A stretch of DNA of 26,857 bases. Source: Vitrella brassicaformis CCMP3155. Its lineage: Eukaryota > Protista > Chromerida. The stretch lies in assembly GCA_001179505.1 (NCBI GenBank), contig CDMY01000726.1, forward strand, positions 1 through 26,857, written 5' to 3'. Positions 11,101-19,651 of the stretch are shown here, piece after piece (positions within the stretch are counted from its first letter, which is position 1; the number at the start of each line of letters is the position of its first letter). The notes under the pieces are model-generated. The model was not told the origin of the DNA, made no database searches, and saw only the letters and a list, made by a program, of their open reading frames with translations. The position numbers were made by a program, and so were the translations under genes.

Positions 11101-12061
11101 CACTTGACGATCACGCAGAGTGGCAGGTGAGTCAGCTCGGCCAGCTGTGTGTCGATGGCGAACCTCACAAAGGTCGACCGGATGATCGAGGCGTCGCTCC
11201 GCCACCCCACCAAGGCGTTGTACAGACTCAACACGCGATACAGCTCATACCGATGAGAGGCCGACAGAACGGGGACGTCTGCGGGTGTCGAAAGAGATGC
11301 CACAATCGTACGTGTACGTGTGTGTTCGTGTCCATGTGTGTGTACGTGTTGGAGGCTCCGAGTGGTCGGAGACATCGCTAATAGCATCCGATGTCGGTTG
11401 CTGCTGGTGGTGCATGGGGGAGAGGAGGGTCTCGGCCTCAACGTATGGCGGCAGATGGGAGCGGAAACACGGACCAATTTCGCGAAACAACACCTGACGA
11501 CGCACCCATTCATCCATCGATGCCTTCAACTCAACACACAACTTTGAAGACACACAGTATCACCTGCAGCTTTCTTTGCATGACGGGCCGCTCGTACTCC
11601 CTCGCCACATCGCGCCCACGCCCCTCTGACGGCAGACGCGCACTCACATCCACTCGACGGATGGCCGCACGCTTCGCCTTCTCCTTTGCAGCAACGGAGG
11701 GGAACACGTCGGTGGGGGGAGAGGGAGCGTGTTCGGCGTGCAGCAACAGGGCCTGCATGACAGAGAAAACACACACATGCAGGTGAACACACCTAATGGC
11801 ATGATCCCCCCTTCGCTGACAGCTCACTTGGCCGAACGTGAATTGGTTGAGGGCCCGGCCTTCTCTGGTGAAAAATGACCTGAGGGAGGTGTTCTTGACG
11901 AGGTGCCCATCCCGCTGCCCCTCCTCGCGCGCCAGAGAGCTGGCACGCCTCCTCTTTCCGTCGCCGTGATGGTGATCTCGTTTCACATTTCTCTCTTCGA
12001 GGTCGATGAGTGAGGGGAAGAGCTCATCATCGATGAGGGTGTGCGATTGCGGATGGGGCAT
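8154..12061 (-). CDS. large hypothetical protein (~1108 aa) with two degenerate p25alpha/EF-hand-like helical repeats; exons 12061-11828, 11752-11564, 11523-11346, 11278-11091, 11016-10753, 10655-9607, 9533-9120, 9029-8600, 8534-8154
   Basis: Nine exons join in phase with GT-AG introns. Two motif clusters (STFVRFAIDTQL..RFVSLVALL and SLPRFLRFCQDFAL..AFVESLFRLV) sit in low-complexity linkers. The domain call is by eye. Confidence 0.75.
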
Positions 12062-13440
12062 GTTGACGAGAGAGGGAAAAGAGAAGAGCGAGAGAGGGGA
12101 CAGGTCGTTTTGCGATCTACTCGGCCCGTTAGATGAAGATATACAACGCAGCGAAGTAAGGCCGGTCCGATATTAGCAGAAGGTGTGTCGACACGTCCCT
12201 TGCCCTCTTGCCCGACCAGCCGACCAGCGAGCAAACAAGACCCTCCCTCCCTCCCTCCCTCCGTCCCTTAACCCGTCGAATTACAGCCATGCATCACATA
12301 GATACATCCATCAGCTCGTTCGTTGTATTCTACACACAGCCATCTACACGCTGTCCACACACCGAATACACACACATACGTAGATTAGATGGCCGCCCCA
12401 ACATCGATGCGAGAAGGGGAGGCTCGGCAAAGTTAGGCAGGCATCACATCAATCAAAGGCAGCAAAACCAGCAAAAACAACAACCAACCGACCGTGGATG
12501 CGGTCATCATATCGATGCATCGCAGCAGCCAGATGGATAGATAGATATAAAGGAGCGTAGGTCGCTGGATGCGCTACGCAGTGTTGTGGTACACACCAAG
12601 TAGATCGATGGATGCAGCGCGCCACCTAGCTACAGCAATATCAGCAGCAGCAGCGCCTTCACCACATGCATGAATGGCTGCCGCCCGTGGGCTGCTGGCC
12701 GAAATTTCCCTCCCCGTCTGCGACGAGGCGTCACAGCCAGTGCAAGTCGAAGCTCGACTCGCAATGGCTGTATCGCCGAGATCCGACGGCAGGCGAGGAG
12801 AGCGACCGGACCTCAAAAAAAGATATATATAAACCCACGAAGACACACACACACACTCACACGAGCAATATCGCTTTATGTGCGGGTTCCCCTTCCTGAG
12901 TGGATCTTTTCGTCAGGGCACATCCGGCTGTCGTGAGGGCGCATTGGGGGGTAAAACAACACAACCACAGCGGTCGAGAATGGGACCGAGGTGATAGTCT
13001 CATCCGCGTGTTGGGCCGCCCCCAACGCACTCAAAACCAATTCTTGAGACATTACACATCGTGAAATAAACATGAATGGCCCGCTGGAAAAAGGGCGAGC
13101 CCCTCTCCTCTGTCTTTCCTCTCTCTCTCTCTCTTCCCCCCCTTCATCCATGGGCTAATTATCCCCCCTCCCACCCCCGCCCCCTCTCACATGACATGAA
13201 TGCGGTAAGTAACGTCATACACTCATGGGTGATCTATGAGATGGATGGCGATACCTGCCTGCAGATATCAGCAGGCAATGGTAGGTATGTTATGTGTGTA
13301 CTGTACTGTCTGCTTCTACACACCATGGGTACACTCTATAGCACACCCAGAGCCTTTCACACCACACACCTTCCCGCGCTATGGCCGTGTCCAGGCCGTG
13401 TGGCCGGCAGGTTGCCCTGAGGCGACGGCGGCTGTGCTTG

Positions 13441-15202
13441 CTATGTGATGAATATTTTGCGGTGGTTGGTGAAGACCTTCCTGAGGTTCTCGGACGCCCG
13501 GCAATGGGGGCACATGCGCTCGGTGGCCGGCTGCTGCTGCACCTTGTCGAAACACTCCTGGCTGCACACACACGCACACACACACACACACACACTCTTG
13601 GCCATGTGTGTGTCTGCCTGCCCAATTGTTGCCAGCTCGCTTCCCGTACCAGTAGCAGAGATGCCCGCACCCCAGAGCGATCTCACGCGGCGCCTCCATG
13701 CACGCACAGCAGTCTGCACACACACACACACACACCCACCACACACACAGTGAGGACACTCACCAATTCACCCACCCACCCACTCCTCTGCAGCACTCAC
13801 TGGTGAGCTCGTGATATCGTTCGAGCTTCCTCTCCATCTCCTTCATGGTCTCGTTCATCATGGCGCCGCTCCAGGGTGCAGCGGGCAGCGACCGGTCCAC
13901 CTGGGTCTGCAGGGTGGCGCACCTCTCACGCAACAGACGCACCTCCTCCTCTGTCGAATGCGTCACGTGGTTCACCGTCCTGACATCCATCCATCCATCC
14001 ATCCACACGGATATGCTCATGTGTAGTGGGAGGGAGAGGGGGGGGGGGGGTTCGGGGGGGGGGCTNNNNNNNNNNNNNNNNNNNNNNNNNNNNNNNNNNN
14101 NNNNNNNNNNNNNNNNNNNNNNNNNNNNNNNNNNNNNNNNNNNNNNNNNNNNNNNNNNNNNNNNNNNNNNNNNNNNNNNNNNNNNNNNNNNNNNNNNNNN
14201 NNNNNNNNNNNNNNNNNNNNNNNNNNNNNNNNNNNNNNNNNNNNNNNNNNNNNNNNNNNNNNNNNNNNNNNNNNNNNNNNNNNNNNNNNNNNNNNNNNNN
14301 NNNNNNNNNNNNNNNNNNNNNNNNNNNNNNNNNNNNNNNNNNNNNNNNNNNNNNNNNNNNNNNNNGGGGGGTGGGCTGGTGGCGTACTTGTCTCTGTCTT
14401 CGGTTGCGACTTTTGCGGCGTTTTTGGATCGCATGACTTCGGCGTCGGCGGTGACCAGCCGGGCGCTCTTCTCCTCGAGCTCCTTGTGCAAACTGACATA
14501 CACACAGACACACGAGTGGGTATGGGTGTGTGGTGGGATGGGGGTGGGTGGGGGGTTGGCGGGCAGGTGTGTGTGCTTACCGCGCCAGCTCTTTGTCCAT
14601 GTCGCCCTTTTTCTTGTGCCAGTCCCTCTCGGCCGACTCCCACCCCTTTCGGCGACGGTCGCACTCCTCACGCAACCTACCACACACACACACAGAGAGA
14701 GAGATGAGAATGCGAAATGGATGATTCCTTCGTCGCTGAGTTAGGCTGACGAACGTGTTGAATTTGTCCTCCAGGGAAGCTACGGCGGTCTTTTCTTTGG
14801 CCAGGTCCTTGGCCAAGGCCTTGCGCGCCTCATTCGCCTCCTTTATGCGCGCCTGGTCTCTGCATATACACACGACGCGACGCACGAACACAACACGCCC
14901 ATGACACACACACTGACAAAGACACGTGTGTGGTTGGTTGGTTGCTTGCTTACGACGTGTATCTGGTCTTGGCCTCCTCAGCGGCCTTCTTGTGCTTGTC
15001 GACGACCAGCTGGTGGTCATCCTGCGCCTTGAGCAACTTGTCTACGCGAGCCGTGAGGCTGATTGATGGTGGACCGACACGCACACGACACAACACGACG
15101 CGATGTGAGCTGGTCTGGGTGCGTGTGTGTGTTGCTGATGGGTACCTTTTCTTGTCCTCCTTCAGCCCCTCGATCTCCGCAGCCAAGTCCTTATTGCGCT
15201 TC

Positions 15203-15235
<33 letters not shown>

Positions 15236-16541
15236 GAGAGGGAGAGACAATAGAGAGCACACCATCCATCCATCCATCCAGTCCTCCATTGCTCGCTCAA
15301 GTAGGCAGGTACTTGGTGGCGTCGATTTTGCTATCAGCGTTTTCCTTGGTGCGTTTGACGAGCTGCGCGGCACTGTCCCGTGTGTCCTTCATCTGCCGCA
15401 TGGCGTGGGCGATCTCACGCACCTGCTGGTCACGCTCCAACGCAAGCTGCTTCAGGATGTCGTTCTGATGGATGGCCAACACACACACGAGGGAGGGATG
15501 CCCACAAAACCACACACACAGAGGGGTGTGGCCTTCTTGCCTTGGTGCGGAGGTCGGCCTGGAGTGCGGCGTTGTCGGTCATGCACTGCTTGAGCCGACT
15601 CTTGAGCCGCAACAATCTGCACACACACACACACACACGCAAGCACCAGGGGCACACGAAGGAAGATTTGTGATCTCTTCATCGTGATCGTTGGTTTTGG
15701 TTGGTGGGAGTTGCGAAGTACCTACCTATCGTTTTGTAGTTTCTCGCTGGCCTTGACTTTCTCCAAGGCATCGTCCAGCGACCCTCTGAAACCCTCAACA
15801 CTGCACACACAAAACACACAACAGCCACACACACACACACATATACCGAGCTCTCACCAGCCACCCACCCATCCATCCATCCATCCACCCGCCCTCCCTC
15901 CCAGACAGGCAGACAGATCCCACTGCTCACCTCTTCCTAAATTCGGCCACTTTCTGTGCCCACTCGTCGCGCTCCCGCCGCTCGGTCTCCATGGCGGCCT
16001 CCCGCCTCTCCTTCTCCCTAGGCCACAGGTAGTCCATCACACGCTGAGCCGCCCCATTGGACGTTCCCGCCTTGCTGTGGTCCGTCGGCGGCGTGGGGAT
16101 CAGCCGCGTCACGTCATTGGCGGCCGAGAGGGTGTCCCGCTCATGCGTGACGGTCTCCACCAGAATGGCCAGCGCCTCAGCACGACACTCGGCGCTGCAC
16201 AGAGAGAGAGAGAGAGAGAGAGGTTGACGGGCGAGTGGTTTTATGTGGATCTGATCTGTTGTCGCTCACTTGGCCCGTTCTTTGTCTAGCTCTGCATTCT
16301 CGTCTTGGAGCTGTCGGATCTGTTTGTCCCTCTGATGGAGGAGATCTCGGAGCAGCCTCTGGCTCTCCTCCAGCGCCTTGGCCTTGTTCTCCAGCAGGAG
16401 CTTCTCGGCCTTGAACCGCTCCTGGTCCGCGAACCTGGCGACCATCGGGTCATCGCTGCTGCTGCTGGTGGTGGTGGTGATGGTGCTGTTGGTGCTGTTG
16501 CTGTCGGGGGTGCGGTCGCCCTCGTGCTGGCAAGGCTCCAT
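13441..16541 (-). CDS. coiled-coil protein with C-terminal C3HC4 RING finger (putative E3 ubiquitin ligase), ~556 aa; exons 16541-16270, 16194-15931, 15800-15726, 15616-15541, 15464-15313, 15202-15146, 15058-14954, 14859-14755, 14676-14581, 14492-14388, 13979-13801, 13713-13650, 13561-13441
   Basis: Phase-consistent model. The spliced RING reads CCACMEAPREIALGCGHLCYCQECFDKVQQQPATERMCPHC, preceded by long E/K/R/Q/L-rich heptad regions. One GC-AG intron (15540). One intron contains an N gap. The start codon is tentative (GCCATGG at 16541). Confidence 0.88.
14066..14365. other. assembly gap (300 N) in an intron of the RING gene
   Basis: N run flanked by G-runs on the + strand. Confidence 0.99.
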
Positions 16542-16846
16542 GGCATCCTGCAGAGAACCGGGAAGGTCATTATTGCGCCTGTGCATCATCATCCTCATGA
16601 GAAACGTGTGTCGACGTACGGACCTGCTGTGTGGATGGTGCTGTGCTGAAGTCGGCTTTGCTAATACCGATGCCTCCCTCTCTTTCTCTGCACACACACA
16701 GACGACGTCATCCAGAACTTTTTCGCTGTGCAAAGGCTCTTTTTCGACAAATATCGACGAAGAACTCACCGGGAGGCCATGGTGAAGTGTCAAAGGCACC
16801 TGAGAGAGCGATTTTGGGGCGAAACTGTGATCAATTTGGCGAGCCG

Positions 16847-16870
16847 TAGGGTTTCTGGGGCTAAGGGTTT
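16847..16870 (-). promoter_or_regulatory. possible telo-box-like motifs upstream of the RING gene
   Basis: TAGGGTTT (reverse complement of AAACCCTA) at 16847-16854 and near-copy AAGGGTTT at 16863-16870; function unproven. Confidence 0.2.
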
Positions 16871-17266
16871 CGGCGAGGGGCCGTGAACGGGAACCTTGAA
16901 TTAACCTGCAGGTCTGCATGACGCACGCACATCACTTAGTCAGTCAGTGCACCGCCTTCATGGGTGCAGCAACCCAGTCAGCCACCCAGACAAACACTCG
17001 TACACACGTCAGCCCATCCATCCATCCAGTGAGAGCTATGCCACCACAAACCGTCCCTCCCTCCTCCGGCAGAGACGGTTACTCAACGAATGCAATTCCC
17101 ACACAAATACTCCATCCACCCCTCTCTCTCTCTCTCTGTCTGTAACGTACTTACTCATCCAAGCCCACCACGCCAATAGTGGCACGACATAAGGCCATCA
17201 AAGAAGGCACCATGCACTCACTGCAAGCACCCACCCGCGCCCACAATCACCCGCTATCACGACGAC

Positions 17267-19037
17267 TTAACCCGGCTCATAATCCTCCCCCTCCTGCTGC
17301 ATCTCATCGGTATCATCTCGCTCTTCACGGTCACGGTCACGGGCCCTCTGGCTCTCCCTCTCCCGGCGTCTCCGCCGCTTGCCGAGGCCGGAAGGGCCAC
17401 CAGCAGCAGCAGCAGCGGAGGGAGACTCGGGACGCTGCCGGTGCTGCTGGTGGTGGTAAGGGTCATCGTGTCCACCACGGTCACACCCCGCCCGCACGTT
17501 GAGGAGGATGTGCTCCATCCGCTCCGTGATACGGTGCGCCGAGGAGAGCTCTTGCACACGGCGGAGACTGACCAGGACACACCACAGCACACATGGATGG
17601 ATGGATGGATGGATGGGTGGATGGGGGAGGGTGGGTGGCGTACTCACTCCTGTGGCTGTGTGCTCCAGAGGATCAGCTCGTACTCGGGCGAGAGCCACTC
17701 CATCACGTCACCGTCACCGTCTCCTTCGGCATCGCCATCCGAATCGGTGTCGTCGTAGACCACGAGATATGGCGCCACACACCCCCTCTGCGCCTGCCCA
17801 TGAGTCTCCCTCATGCCGCCGTCCTCTCTCCCTCCCCGCCTGCTGTTGTCCCTCCTCCCACTGCTCGCTCGCCGGCCGCCTCCCTGCACGTGGTGGCTCG
17901 CCTGTGCCGCGGCTGCTGCTGCTGATGCTGAGTGGGCGCGGTGGGGGGAGCCGCCTTGACGAGAGGAGAGTGACTCGAGGTTTATCAGGTCCTCGGCAAC
18001 AGAGGCCTTCAGGCTGCATGAGCAACACAGACAGGGGGGGAGGGAATGGGTGTGAGGGTGGAGAGATCGATGTGGCCACACAGGCAGGCAGGCAGGCAGG
18101 TGTGGGTACCCATGATAGAAGACGATGGTGCCCTCCCGCCATCGGTCCTCGCTCGGCCAGAAGACCCTGATGCGCCGGCCCAGGGCGGCCACACCTTCAT
18201 GCGGCCGGCCCTGCCAAGACGCATCAGGCCGATAAGAGCAGTCCGATCCTTCAAACACCTGTGACGTGACAAGACGTGACATCCACACACGCAGAGAGAC
18301 AGAGAGGCAGAACAGACAGACACACACCAAGTTACGACACATCCGGGTGCAGACACAGAAAAGTCCTACCAATGACGGGAGCCTCTCGGTGGGGATGCGC
18401 GCAGCAGCCTCGTACATCCGAGCAACGATGCTCTCACTGCTGCTGACGTCCTCACCACCACCAGCACCCGCAGCAGCCGCAGCGGCGGCCGACGACGCCC
18501 CCCTCTCCGCCCTCTCGCCGCGGGCGTGTGTGAGGAGGTGTGTGCCCTCGAGGACCTGCTGCACGTTGAGCTGGCCGATCTGGTGGATGGCGTGGCGAAT
18601 CAGGGCGACGTCTGCGGGGTCGATGGCGGCGTCACTATGTGAGAGGTGTGTTACGGCCTGCTCGAGGTGGTCCTGCAGCCGGCGCAGCTCCGTGAATTCA
18701 CACTGCACAGACAGACAGACAGACAGACACAGGGAGATAATATGCCGGCCTGTGTGGGTGTGATTGATGTGGCTGTGTGGGGGCCTGGCCTGCAAGGAGT
18801 GGTTACTTACCGCTTCGGCCTTCTCGATGGCTTCAGAGAAAATCCGCTGGCACTGTCTGCTGCCGTAGAAGGGCCGGAGCAGAGGCCTGCAACACACAGA
18901 CACCAACACACAATAATGACCCCTATCTTGGCTCCTTTCTCTCTCTGTGTATGCGGCCCACCCTCTCACGCACCTGTCATGCTGGTCCATGGCCGTCATG
19001 AAGTGCCGCACGATGGCCAGCGAGACGGTCGACGACT
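17267..19037 (-). CDS. Tudor/Agenet-like (PDS5/ATX/MSH6-type) domain coding region; exons 19037-18974, 18886-18811, 18702-18370, 18258-18110, 18013-17648, 17567-17267; either the C-terminal part of the PZP gene or a separate gene
   Basis: LGRRIRVFWPSEDRWREGTIVFYHG ... YLVVYDD ... EWL matches the xGRRIxVYWPxDxxWYxGxVxxY...HxVxYDDGDxExL Tudor pattern. Exons join in phase and end in an Arg/Glu-rich tail and TAA. Confidence 0.72.
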
Positions 19038-19651
19038 CTGAGACACACACACACACACACACCAACCGCACAAACATCAATAAAGGCACTCAGATTGAGG
19101 AGGTGAATGTCAGGTCTACGGATGTGCAGTGTGTGTGTGTGTGGACAGGTCAGCACAGGTCACTTCCTCTCCCTCCCTCTCTCCCTCTCAGGTTGCCTGT
19201 CTGCCTGTCTGCCTGTCTGTCTGTCTGTCTGCACGACCGCCCCGCATCGCCCCGCAGGGCACCACCACTCAGTCCGTGTGAATCGTCCGTTGATGAGTGA
19301 GAGAGTGACGGAGTGAGTGAATGGAGGGATGCAGTCCGTCCGTCCAGTCGATCCAATCCAATCCAATCCGATTCCCCGCCCCGCCAGCACACTCGCAATA
19401 ATTCCAAACTGCTCAACCAACCATGCGTATGCATGTGTCTATGTGTGTATGGGAGTGCATGTGGAAAAACAAAATGCCCTCTCCCTCCCTCCCTCCCTCC
19501 CCCCCTCCCTCCCGGCTTAAGAAAATCAGACCGATCGATGGATGGGCACGCAACGAGCCCCTTTCCCTTTCTCCTGCCCCTCCCCTCCCCCTTCCCTCCC
19601 TCCATGCACACGCAGTCACCAAGATGTGTGTATGTGTATGTGTAAGCATGA

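Noticed and set aside
12555-12579. Small hairpin gcgtag-gtcgc-tggat-gcg-ctacgc
   Set aside because: Too short and isolated; no tRNA, snoRNA or miRNA hallmarks.
13760-14744. ORFs running through N gaps (also 23893-24885 and neighbours)
   Set aside because: Artefacts of translating N as X.
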